NCBI GenBank assembly: GCA_021813405.1
Contig: JAKAKS010000009.1
Span: forward strand, 26,390-90,389
Direction: 5' to 3'
Source of the DNA: Nitrospirota bacterium
GTDB lineage: Bacteria > Nitrospirota > Thermodesulfovibrionia > Thermodesulfovibrionales > JdFR-88
DNA: 64,000 nucleotides
The notes under the pieces were generated by a model. It made no database searches and was not told where the DNA came from. It worked only from the letters and a program-made list of their open reading frames with translations. The position numbers were made by a program, and so were the translations under genes. Below, piece after piece: positions 35,070-43,909 of this stretch (its first letter is position 1; each line of letters starts with the position of its first letter).

Positions 35070-38000
35070 TTGCCCTGTTTTGATAATACTAATAATATGG
35101 CCATTAATGAGATATGTGCACTTAATTACCTGGCTGGCACGCTGGCAACGGCGTACAAGGGGCTTGTTACCTCGCTCCTGGCCAAGGACTTCTGCATATG
35201 CGAGGAAGGCGGCACGGCCATACTCAGGGGGACAGTCCTTGGCATGCCGGCGGGGGACTACAAGGCCGCGCTTATCCATGGCGGCGTGGAGCTTGCCCGC
35301 GCCCCGCTTAAAGACGGTTTTTTCGAGGTGCGCACCCCCGCTGTAAAGTTATTGGAGGCCAGGAATCTCCAGATAGACATCGTCCAGAACGGCAGGCATG
35401 TAGGCACTTTCCTTTTAAAAAAGCATGAGGCGGGGGTGTACTATACCCCGGCGATAGAGCTGTCCAGGGAACTCTCCGGGCTGAACCCGATGGCCCTTAC
35501 CGGGCCGCTTGCCTCCAGGCCCGGCCTGCTGCGGCGCGCCGAAGATGTTATAGCCAGCATAAGCTCCACAAAAAAGGACTGGATAAAACTTTCCGAGGAC
35601 CTGCACGGGCTTTCCATAGACATCTTCTGGGCCGACAGAGACACTTTCTACAGCTCTTTCAGCCTTCTTGTGCGCTTTTTGTGGCTGGCCGCTTCGGGGA
35701 AACGGTGCGCGAAGGGCGCACAGGGCAGGGCCGCGGCAAACGCGCTGGATGTCATAATGCTTCCGCTTGATAAGGAAGAGGACGCCGGAAGGCTCCATAG
35801 CGCGGCGGCCGTATGGGCGGCAAACGCGGCAGCCTCCGGGGCCGATCTCTCCATGGAACCATTCAGGGCGCTCCGGGTTATTACCCTGCTTAAAAACAGA
35901 TTCCCGGATATGGATGCAATGCCGATTGCAACAAAACTGATCGAGGACCTTAAGAAGCGGACCGTGGCTGTGCAGGCGCTTCCGCCGGAGGTAATCGAAC
36001 TTGTAAAGGCGGCAAACATCCCGCAGGGGCAGATGGCCACGCTTCTGCGCTATTCGGAGGCAGGAAAGCCGGAGCTTTTGCAAAAGATTGAACACGCGCT
36101 TTCTCTGATAAAATCCGGGCGCGTGGATGAGGCGGTAAAAGAGGCGTCCGGGCTGGACCTCTCCATACTTGAAGGCGAGGGAGGGGTCAAAAACCTGATA
36201 GACACCGCCCGCGCAAACCTAAGCCCTGGAAATGCCGCCGCGCTTGCAGGGGCGGTTATGGGATTGCTTGGGGGTAAAAAGATTTCCGCCCAGGCGCTGG
36301 AGGCCCTGCTTTCGTCTTTTCCGGAATTTTTCCGTTCGCTTGTCAGGCTTGGGCGTGGAAATGATGAAATCGGGCGGCTTGCCCTTGGCCTGCTGAAGCG
36401 CGCTTCGGCTTCCGCATCCGCCCTGGCGGAAAAAACCGTGCTGGACGGCTCAACCGCTCAGGCTGTGCTTGGTTCCGGCTTTGAAGGGCTTGCAAGCGCA
36501 TACAAAAAAATGCTGAAGGGCATTATTATCCCGGCCGCAAGGCCAAGCGGAGTTTCAAGCGAAACGTGGGCGCAGCTTGTCAATCCGCTTCATCTGCAAA
36601 GGCTGGCCGGACTCCTGGGCGTTCTGGCCGCGGGAGGCCCGGCATTACAGGATGTGCAGGCAAGCATAATCTGCAATATTTATTTGAGCGGGGCATTCGT
36701 CCCGGACGACAGGATTTTTCAGAGAAACGTTTCGGAGTATCTGAACTCGGACGCAATGCAAGGGGATTTTTTCTTTAACTATATGCTGCTAAAGAAGATA
36801 CCCGTTTTTTTCAGCGAGGTTGGGGCCACAAGCACGATAAGGGACCTTACCACGGAGATGGATTCCTGGGGCAACGACCCCGTGCTTTATTTTGTTAGAA
36901 AGCAGACCCACGTGAACGCCAGCAGCCACAACATCAGGTTGATGGAAGCCGTGATGAGGGCCTGGCTGGCCGTGGATACCGCACTCCTGAAAGATACAGT
37001 GCCCTCTGACGTGCTGGCCAGCATTAACCGGGAGATTTTCGCCTCTTATTCCCTGGCGGTAAAAGAGTTCTTTCCGGGCCAGCCCGGGGAGCAGGACTTT
37101 CAAAATCTGCTCAAAATGCCGGAGGCGGCGATAAGGGCGAAACTGGATTCCGTTAGTGCTTCAGAAGAGATGAAGCGGAAGGTTTTTCTTTTCCTGCGGG
37201 CCTACCAGGAGATAGTTAAAAAATATTCTCACGCAAGCGGCCCTCCTCCCGGAGATGGCGGCCAAAAAGAAAATGCGTTAAGCCAGGCGCTTGAAAAGAT
37301 GCGGAAGCTGAAAGACATATTTACGTCCAGCGAAAAGACCAGCGCCCAGGAAAACCTTTTTTTCAAGCGGCACATCGCCTTCGGGATACCATCGGTGCTG
37401 GGCAGCTACCGGGAGCCGAAGTTCGATGCGTTGTCGGAATTTCTGAGGCTTGAGGCCGGGGTGCGGATAATGCTGGAGGAGGTGGCGGGGGAGCTTGAAA
37501 AGACGGACCGGCCTGAGGGTCTGAGGGCCGGGCTGGAAGCGCTTTATGGGTTGAATTGCCTCTTCGGATTGCTTGGCATCCCGGATTTCCAGCTGGATGA
37601 AACATGCGCAATTATGCAAAACGCAAGGATAACGCTGTCCCAGTTGGCGGACCTCATCAGGATTTGGCAGAGGGAGCTTAAGTGGCGGGTGGAGGTTTTC
37701 AGCCGCACGTTCAGCCCGCCGCTGGCCGGGGTGATATCGCTTTATCCAAAAACGGGCCTGCCGGAAAAACTCATGGGGCTTGACCCCCAGGTAAAGGATT
37801 TTCCGGACAAGGCGGCGGACATCGTGCTGAGGGGCATGCTGGCCGAGGCAACCGGGATGACCGAGGCCGACCGGCTCCTTGCCGTTTTTACGAAGGCGGT
37901 ATCCAGGGCCATTGCCGCCAATGGAGATATTGTTTTAAATCCTGACGCCGCGCCTGTGCATACGGAGTTGTTTGACCCGGCCAGGATTACAAAAGAAGGG

Positions 38001-39494
38001 GCGATGCCACTTGCCCCCGAAATGGGAGGCAAGGCCAAAGGGCTTCTTTACCTAAATGACGCGGGGGTGGACATACCAAACTGGGTGGCATTCTCCGCCA
38101 TCAGGACGGAAGATTGCCGGGCATATACTGAAGGCAACAAATTCAGAGAGAAACTACGGGACGCCGTAGGCATACTGGAGGCACGCACCGGCAGAAAATT
38201 CGGAGGTGCGGGAAAGCCGCTATTTATCGCGGTAAGGAGCGGCTCCTATATATCCATGCCGGGCATTCTCACCTCCATACTCTATTGCGGGCTTAATCGC
38301 AACACGCTGGCCGGGTTTATATCCGAAACTGGTGACGAGCGGCTTGGCTGGGACTCCATGCGGAGATTTCTGGAGCAATATGGCGCGGCGGTCTGCGGCA
38401 TAGACACTGCCCGGTTTGAAAAGTTAAGCGGCAGGCTGATTGCTGAAAAGGCGGTTCCCTCCAGGGAGCTTCTTGACGCAAACGGAGTGAAAGAATTGGT
38501 GGAATTGTATGAATCGGAAATCAAGGCCCCCGCTGACGGGGACTGGCGCGCATGGCCCCCGCCAGATGATGTATTTGAGCAGGCGGCAAACGCTGTGTGG
38601 GCCGTTTACTCCTCGTGGTACCGGCCTAAAGCGGCCCAGTTCAGGCAGGCCATGAACATGTCGGACCGGTGGGGCACATCGGTAATGCTTATAGAGATGG
38701 TCTGCGGCAACACCCAAAAGCACGGGGCTGGCTCCTCGATGTTCTTTACAAGGAATCCGTTTACGTATGCTAAAAAACCGTTTGGTGAATTCCTTGCGCA
38801 CTCCACCGGAGAGGAGATTGCCATGGGCGGAGGCAGGGGGGTTCCCATCTCTTCGGACTCTCCAGCCCCCAATAAAAAAAGCCTGGAAGAGACAAACCCT
38901 GGGCTGTTTAAAATCCACGTGGATGCCGCGGAAAAAATCGAGCGCGCCATGGGCGGGCTGCCCCAGGAGGTTGAGGCCGCCTATATAACGCCAAATGGGG
39001 CCGGAAAATTCTATGTGGTGCAGGCCAGGCGCATGGAGCCGGGCGAGGCCGGATCTTTGAAATTCGACGAGGTCTGCGAGATGGGCTCCCGCATTATCGG
39101 ACGCGGCGCAGGCGCGGCGGGCGGCGCAGTGAGCGGAGCGGCGTCTTTTTCGTCATCGGCCGAAGAGCTGGAGGCGCTCAAAAAAAGCACTGGCGCTCCG
39201 GTGATACTTTTGAGAAGGACTGTTGGCACGGAGGACGTTTCATTGATGCCCCATATAGGGGGGCTGGTGACATCGTTTGGCGGGATAACCTCGCACGCGG
39301 CCGTGCTGGCGCAGAAATTCGGAATCGCGTCCGTTGTTGCCTGTGCTGATATGGAACTGGTGGCGGACGAAAAAGGAGGAGCACTCGGCGCGAAATTCGG
39401 AGGCACGATTATAACCGAGGGCACTCCGGTGAGCATTGATGGACGCTCCGGGCTGGTCTTCTCCGGATTCTGCCCGTTTATAGTGAGAAAATAA
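35070..39494 (+). CDS. giant PPDK/PEP-synthase-derived protein: unknown ~975-aa N-terminal region, then an ATP-grasp (PPDK_N-like) domain and a phosphohistidine swivel domain, with no PEP/pyruvate barrel
   Basis: The 1474-aa ORF starts at a TTG at 35070 or the ATG at 35097. From about nt 38000 it carries GGKAKGL, PLFIAVRSGSYISMPGILTSILYCGLN, WGTSVMLIEMVCGN, FFTRNPFT, YVVQARR and GGITSHAAVLAQKFGI. The catalytic His codon is at 39294-39296. Confidence 0.85.
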   Translation: MPCFDNTNNMAINEICALNYLAGTLATAYKGLVTSLLAKDFCICEEGGTAILRGTVLGMPAGDYKAALIHGGVELARAPLKDGFFEVRTPAVKLLEARNLQIDIVQNGRHVGTFLLKKHEAGVYYTPAIELSRELSGLNPMALTGPLASRPGLLRRAEDVIASISSTKKDWIKLSEDLHGLSIDIFWADRDTFYSSFSLLVRFLWLAASGKRCAKGAQGRAAANALDVIMLPLDKEEDAGRLHSAAAVWAANAAASGADLSMEPFRALRVITLLKNRFPDMDAMPIATKLIEDLKKRTVAVQALPPEVIELVKAANIPQGQMATLLRYSEAGKPELLQKIEHALSLIKSGRVDEAVKEASGLDLSILEGEGGVKNLIDTARANLSPGNAAALAGAVMGLLGGKKISAQALEALLSSFPEFFRSLVRLGRGNDEIGRLALGLLKRASASASALAEKTVLDGSTAQAVLGSGFEGLASAYKKMLKGIIIPAARPSGVSSETWAQLVNPLHLQRLAGLLGVLAAGGPALQDVQASIICNIYLSGAFVPDDRIFQRNVSEYLNSDAMQGDFFFNYMLLKKIPVFFSEVGATSTIRDLTTEMDSWGNDPVLYFVRKQTHVNASSHNIRLMEAVMRAWLAVDTALLKDTVPSDVLASINREIFASYSLAVKEFFPGQPGEQDFQNLLKMPEAAIRAKLDSVSASEEMKRKVFLFLRAYQEIVKKYSHASGPPPGDGGQKENALSQALEKMRKLKDIFTSSEKTSAQENLFFKRHIAFGIPSVLGSYREPKFDALSEFLRLEAGVRIMLEEVAGELEKTDRPEGLRAGLEALYGLNCLFGLLGIPDFQLDETCAIMQNARITLSQLADLIRIWQRELKWRVEVFSRTFSPPLAGVISLYPKTGLPEKLMGLDPQVKDFPDKAADIVLRGMLAEATGMTEADRLLAVFTKAVSRAIAANGDIVLNPDAAPVHTELFDPARITKEGAMPLAPEMGGKAKGLLYLNDAGVDIPNWVAFSAIRTEDCRAYTEGNKFREKLRDAVGILEARTGRKFGGAGKPLFIAVRSGSYISMPGILTSILYCGLNRNTLAGFISETGDERLGWDSMRRFLEQYGAAVCGIDTARFEKLSGRLIAEKAVPSRELLDANGVKELVELYESEIKAPADGDWRAWPPPDDVFEQAANAVWAVYSSWYRPKAAQFRQAMNMSDRWGTSVMLIEMVCGNTQKHGAGSSMFFTRNPFTYAKKPFGEFLAHSTGEEIAMGGGRGVPISSDSPAPNKKSLEETNPGLFKIHVDAAEKIERAMGGLPQEVEAAYITPNGAGKFYVVQARRMEPGEAGSLKFDEVCEMGSRIIGRGAGAAGGAVSGAASFSSSAEELEALKKSTGAPVILLRRTVGTEDVSLMPHIGGLVTSFGGITSHAAVLAQKFGIASVVACADMELVADEKGGALGAKFGGTIITEGTPVSIDGRSGLVFSGFCPFIVRK

Positions 39495-39569
39495 TGCAAT
39501 AAAGGGGAAGGCCTTTTGCAGCCGCCCACCTTGACCTCTTTCCGGGAAAGAAGATAATATATAAACTTA

Positions 39570-39653
39570 GCCGAAGTGGTGGAACTGGCAGACACGCTAG
39601 GTTCAGGGTCTAGTGGGGGCAACCTCGTGGGGGTTCAAATCCCCCCTTCGGCA
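39570..39653 (+). tRNA. tRNA-Leu (anticodon CAG), class II with a long variable arm
   Basis: The cloverleaf is GCCGAAG/CTTCGGC (acceptor), CTAGG-TTCAGGG-TCTAG (anticodon arm, CAG at positions 34-36, G37), a 15-nt variable arm and GGGGG-TTCAAAT-CCCCC (T arm). The discriminator is A, and no CCA is encoded. Confidence 0.95.
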
Positions 39654-39662
39654 TTTTAATTA

Positions 39663-39848
39663 GTGAGACGTGTGGCCCAGCTTGTTCGTGGGCTTTTCGG
39701 TGTCCAATATCATGGCGATCATATTGGAAGACGCCTGCATGCTATAGGTTGGAGCCCGCAGAAGCCGGAGCGCCGAGCTGTAGAGCGCAACGCAATAATA
39801 CCTAAACTTGACTTTCTAAAAAATTCAGAAATACCATCTCTGGAATGA
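39663..39848 (+). pseudogene. IS630/Tc1-family transposase N-terminal (HTH) fragment
   Basis: VAQLVRGLFGVQYHGDHIGRRLHAIGWSPQKPERRAVERN resembles the IS630 block (EFGV.YS...V.RLL.RLG.S.QKPRRRA.ERDE). No DDE domain follows. The fragment lies 10 nt after the tRNA. Confidence 0.5.
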
Positions 39849-39906
39849 ATGCCAAATTTTTCCGGCGAAGCTTGGCGCTACTGGCCTTGCATTATGAGTG
39901 GCGGAT

Positions 39907-40617
39907 CTAGGAATTTTCTGCAAAGAAATATCCAAGCCCCCGTTTTGTGATGATGTATTTTGGATTGGCCGGGTCGTCCTCTATCTTTTCCCTGATCCTT
40001 CGAATGTGCACATCAACAGTCCTTGGTTCCACATATCCTTCAGAGTTCCACACGTAATCCAAAAGCATGTCCCTGCTGAATACCTTGCCGGGCCTTTCGG
40101 CCAGATAAACAAGCAGCCGGATCTCAAGCGCGCTCAGTTCCAAATCCCTGCCGTCCTTTTTGACAACATACTTTTCTGTATCTATAGTCAAATTGCCTAT
40201 TTCCATGGATTTTACAGCCGCGCTTTCACTGGCAACTGCGCGTGAATAGCGCCTCAGGACGGCCTTGACCCTGGAGACAAGCTCGCGCATTCCGAAGGGT
40301 TTTGAAATATAATCATCAGCGCCCAGTTCCAGCCCAAGCACCCTGTCTATTTCCTCCGAGCGCACCGTAAGCATAATTATGGGGATTTGTGAAAACTCAC
40401 TGTCCGCCTTCAGTTTGCGGCAAAGGTCCATTCCGTCAATGCCGGGCAGCATTAAATCAAGCAGCACAAGATCGGGCCTGCCGTTTTTTATACTGTTCAG
40501 CGCGTCTTCGCCATTGAAGACGGATTCTGTCCGGAGCCCCTCCTTCCGGAGGTTGTAACAGACAAGTTCGTTTATACCTTTTTCATCTTCCACTACCAGT
40601 ATTTTTTTTGCGCTCAT
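39907..40617 (-). CDS. OmpR/PhoB-family response regulator
   Basis: The 236-aa ORF has a receiver domain (VVEDE, LLDLMLPG) and a winged-helix output domain (LELSALEIRLLVYLAERPGKVFSRDMLLDYVW...RTVDVHIRRIREKI). Confidence 0.9.
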   Translation of the reverse strand: MSAKKILVVEDEKGINELVCYNLRKEGLRTESVFNGEDALNSIKNGRPDLVLLDLMLPGIDGMDLCRKLKADSEFSQIPIIMLTVRSEEIDRVLGLELGADDYISKPFGMRELVSRVKAVLRRYSRAVASESAAVKSMEIGNLTIDTEKYVVKKDGRDLELSALEIRLLVYLAERPGKVFSRDMLLDYVWNSEGYVEPRTVDVHIRRIREKIEDDPANPKYIITKRGLGYFFAENS

Positions 40618-41216
40618 GATGTATCTTGCAACAGATAAAACTATTTTGAAATAGGCTAAAGCTTTGTTAATCGAAATTTAATCACAACTTAACAGTTATG
40701 TAATACAACCGGGTCTTTTCCTTTGCGTACCGGATATCCGACCACCTAAAAATTCATTTAACAGAAAATTAATGCGGAGAAAATATTTTCTTAATATATT
40801 CGCTTTATCATAGACCCAATGAGGCAAACCTCATTCCTAACCACCTGGCCGGAGAGGGCCGGACCAGCGGCTGGTCCTCTCCGGCCCTGTAAAATAATCC
40901 GGCGCAATATGTTTACGTAAGCGGCCTTAAAAATCACCCGAAAAACCCACTAGCCTCATTTTTGATATGTTCTGTTTCGCGCTTGCAAAATTTAACTTCG
41001 TCTTAAAGTCTCTGTAATATATCGGGCCTTATACTATGCAAAATTTAAATTCAATTTTAAATATGCCAGCTGACATATTTATCAGCTGGCTTGCCTGGCA
41101 AGGAGGTGATGAGGCGCATTAAACGTTAATTGAAGAGATCCAGGGGAAGGACGTTTCGCCATTTGCGCAAACGGTGAGGGCATAAGCCCTGATATTACAA
41201 AAGGAGGAGATTAGGA

Positions 41217-42668
41217 ATGAAGAGGCTTATTTCATTGGCGGCTGGCTTGGCAGCGTTTTTAGGCCTGGCTGCGCCGGCTCTTGCCATCCATGCCGAGATA
41301 CCGGCTGAGACTTCGGCCATTGTGGCCAAGGGGACTACACAGATCACCATCAGCGGCGACCTGAGGGTAAGGGGCTGGCTGAAAAAGAACATCGCTGGTA
41401 ACGGCGCGATTGTGGACGGGCAAAACCAGACCTATTATGACGAGAGGGTAAGACTTGCCGTCGACGCGTCGGCTGGCAACGTATCAGGCAGAATTCATTT
41501 GGAGTCCAACAGCGGCTATGCAGACTCGTTTAAATGGGGCACTCCGCCCAATATTGGGCCTGCCAACGATCCCGTTGGCACGGATTTCAATGCCAAGCCT
41601 ACCGCCATGGGCATTCTGGAAGCGTGGATACAATACAACGGCACCGGACTGTTTGGGGTGCCGGCAGGCATAAAGGCCGGCCATATGCCTTTGGCACTGG
41701 GCCCGGAGACCCTGTTCTTCGACCACACGCACTTCGGCGATGACGCTATAGTGGGCTGGCTGGATCCGACGCCGCAGACTCATATTACCGCTGTCGCTAT
41801 TAAGGCCGCTGAGGGCGATGCGGGTGTAACCGGCCCCTCGAATTCCAGCGACCTGGACGTTTATGTAGCGGCCCTCAATCAGGTGCTGGCAGCCCAGAAC
41901 CTTCAGGCCTACTATGTTTACGCGAACGGGCCGGAAGCTGCTACAAAAATAAATGTTCCAGCAAATGGCAATATTCAGTTTGGCCCCAATATCAAGCTTC
42001 AGGATTTGGGCCTTAACGCCGCGGGTAAATTCAGCGGCCTTTCCTATGCGTTCGAGTACGACCAGCAGTTTGGCAGCGCGCTTGCCGGCGGCACGAACCT
42101 GACTACCAACCGTGGCGCGAAGGGTGATTTTAAAGGTTATGCTTTGGAACTTGACCTTGGCTACAACTTCGGCCTGGCCAACGTGCGCTTAGCCGGCGTC
42201 TACGGTAGCGGCCCGAAGGTCAACAGCAACAATGTTGACGCCTTCGTCAACTTCCGGATGGACGACCCATACCACACCGTGGTTTACGGTTATCAGGCAG
42301 CAAACGCCATGGGCCAGGTGAACGGCCAAGGTGTGTTCGGCCAGTGGTCTAACACGGAGATGCTGAATCTTGGCGTAGATCTCAACCCTGTTGCGGACCT
42401 GAAAGTGGTGCTGGATGCATATCTGCTGAAGGCCACGGAGACGTCCGCCTTCGCGGCTGCGCTGGGCCATGGCGTAAGCAGCAATATCGGCACCGAGTAC
42501 GACATGGTGGCCAATTATGCGCTTGCGAAGAACCTCAATTACTTTGTAAAGGCCGGTGCCCTTGTGGCCGGCAATTTCTATAACGACACGGCCGGACTGG
42601 CGGGCTTCAACGGCGGCGCAAAGAAGACCGCCGTAGTGGCCATGCATGGCCTGGAGTTTGCGTTCTAG
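41217..42668 (+). CDS. outer-membrane beta-barrel porin-like protein
   Basis: A strong Shine-Dalgarno sequence (AAGGAGGAGATTAGGA-ATG) precedes the start. The signal peptide is MKRLISLAAGLAAFLGLAAPALA. The sequence is rich in Gly, Asn and aromatic residues in an alternating pattern and ends ...GLEFAF, the C-terminal Phe signature of OMPs. Confidence 0.7.
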   Translation: MKRLISLAAGLAAFLGLAAPALAIHAEIPAETSAIVAKGTTQITISGDLRVRGWLKKNIAGNGAIVDGQNQTYYDERVRLAVDASAGNVSGRIHLESNSGYADSFKWGTPPNIGPANDPVGTDFNAKPTAMGILEAWIQYNGTGLFGVPAGIKAGHMPLALGPETLFFDHTHFGDDAIVGWLDPTPQTHITAVAIKAAEGDAGVTGPSNSSDLDVYVAALNQVLAAQNLQAYYVYANGPEAATKINVPANGNIQFGPNIKLQDLGLNAAGKFSGLSYAFEYDQQFGSALAGGTNLTTNRGAKGDFKGYALELDLGYNFGLANVRLAGVYGSGPKVNSNNVDAFVNFRMDDPYHTVVYGYQAANAMGQVNGQGVFGQWSNTEMLNLGVDLNPVADLKVVLDAYLLKATETSAFAAALGHGVSSNIGTEYDMVANYALAKNLNYFVKAGALVAGNFYNDTAGLAGFNGGAKKTAVVAMHGLEFAF

Positions 42669-42683
42669 ATCCATCTCATGACT

Positions 42684-42716
42684 CAGAGGGGCCGGGCCGG
42701 CCCCTCTGAAATTTTT
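42684..42716 (+). terminator. rho-independent terminator after the porin gene
   Basis: CAGAGGGGCCGG-G-CCGGCCCCTCTG forms a perfect 12-bp GC-rich stem and is followed by AAATTTTT. Confidence 0.8.
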
Positions 42717-42807
42717 CCCCCGTTTTCTCCAGTATTTAATATCAATTTAATATTTCCGCAAACACAAAAAAGTATAATTTCCAATCCACTGCATAAAGGA
42801 AACTTTT

Positions 42808-43611
42808 ATGAAAAATATCAGACACGAAAGAGACCACATTCTCGACATTATAGAAAATGATTTACTGACCGTACATTTCCAGCCGGTCTGCTCAGTGAAT
42901 GGGGAGGTCTTTGGCTATGAGGCGCTCTCCAGGTTTAAACATGGAACTGGATATCAGTCCGCCGCTAAACTTTTTGAGGCTGCAATAAGGACGGAAACCA
43001 TATCGTCTCTGGATATGTACTGCAGCGAAAACGCTATAAGAGAGGCGTCAAACGGCTTCATGCGCCAGGAAAACGCCCGTCTTTTCATAAACATCTGTCC
43101 CGAAACGCTCCTTTCCCCTACCCATATGGCCGGCATTACAGACGAGTTTGCGGACTGCTGGGGCATCCCCAAAAAGAAGATAATACTAGAGATCACCGAA
43201 GAGACCGCCGTCAGGAATTATTCACTTTTCAATGAGGCCGTTTCATATTACAGGGACAAGGGATACAGAATTGCCCTGGATGACTTTGGGACGGGTTACG
43301 GCGGGCTGAAGATGCTGTCGATAATCAGGCCGGATTTCGTGAAGATAGACAGCCATTTCATACAGCAAATTGACAAGAATTTTGTTAGCCTTGCGGTTGT
43401 GGACGCCATAACCGTCCTATGTCACCGCCTTGGAATGAAAGTGATAGCCGAAGGGATCGAGAAGCGGGATGAGTTCATATTCGCAATCGGCCTTGGTATA
43501 GAGCTCTTCCAGGGCTATTTTATCGGGATGCCAGCCCCGGCGCCGGCTGGGTCTGTAAAAGGGAATTCTTTGCGGAAAGATGCGGGCTCAGGCGCTCCGC
43601 AGCACCTTTGA
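42808..43611 (+). CDS. stand-alone EAL-domain protein (c-di-GMP phosphodiesterase type)
   Basis: The 267-aa ORF has HFQPV, YEALSRF, EITEE, ALDDFGTGYGGL, VKID, AEGIE and QGYF, which together make a complete EAL catalytic signature. Confidence 0.9.
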   Translation: MKNIRHERDHILDIIENDLLTVHFQPVCSVNGEVFGYEALSRFKHGTGYQSAAKLFEAAIRTETISSLDMYCSENAIREASNGFMRQENARLFINICPETLLSPTHMAGITDEFADCWGIPKKKIILEITEETAVRNYSLFNEAVSYYRDKGYRIALDDFGTGYGGLKMLSIIRPDFVKIDSHFIQQIDKNFVSLAVVDAITVLCHRLGMKVIAEGIEKRDEFIFAIGLGIELFQGYFIGMPAPAPAGSVKGNSLRKDAGSGAPQHL

Positions 43612-43764
43612 GAGGAAGACCGGGCAGTTGTCGTGGTCCTCGCTTTTACACCTTAGAAGGGCGTTGATGCCGCTGACGAACATGCAAGAGATGGACGCAA
43701 GGCAAATCGAATTGCATTCGCTGTAATATGGGCATGTCCCGGGATATGTTGTTGTTTTTCTCAC
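43588..43764 (-). CDS. candidate 58-aa Cys-rich small protein (not in the ORF track)
   Basis: My own translation starts at a GTG preceded by AGGAGCGTACT and reads (M)RKTTTYPGTCPYYSECNSICLASISCMFVSGINALLRCKSEDHDNCPVFLSKVLRSA, with six Cys. Its 3' end overlaps the convergent EAL gene by 24 nt. This call is speculative. Confidence 0.25.
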   Translation of the reverse strand: MRKTTTYPGTCPYYSECNSICLASISCMFVSGINALLRCKSEDHDNCPVFLSKVLRSA

Positions 43765-43909
43765 AGTACGCTCCTGCGCCGGGCGGATTTCCTGCCCGCT
43801 TTCTTTGAGTTTAAAGTTTTCAAATCTGGCAGCACCTGAAACAACAGTGCCTGGGTAAACGGTTTTATCGGTCCTTTTTTCTTTTTTTCTGTCTGCATTG
43901 GTTTTCCCT

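Noticed and set aside
41100-41216. Five-codon upstream ORF (ATG AGG CGC ATT AAA CGT TAA) after AAGGAGG in the porin leader.
   Set aside because: The spacing between the Shine-Dalgarno sequence and the ATG is only about 2 nt, and the peptide has no regulatory-codon logic. It is most likely fortuitous.
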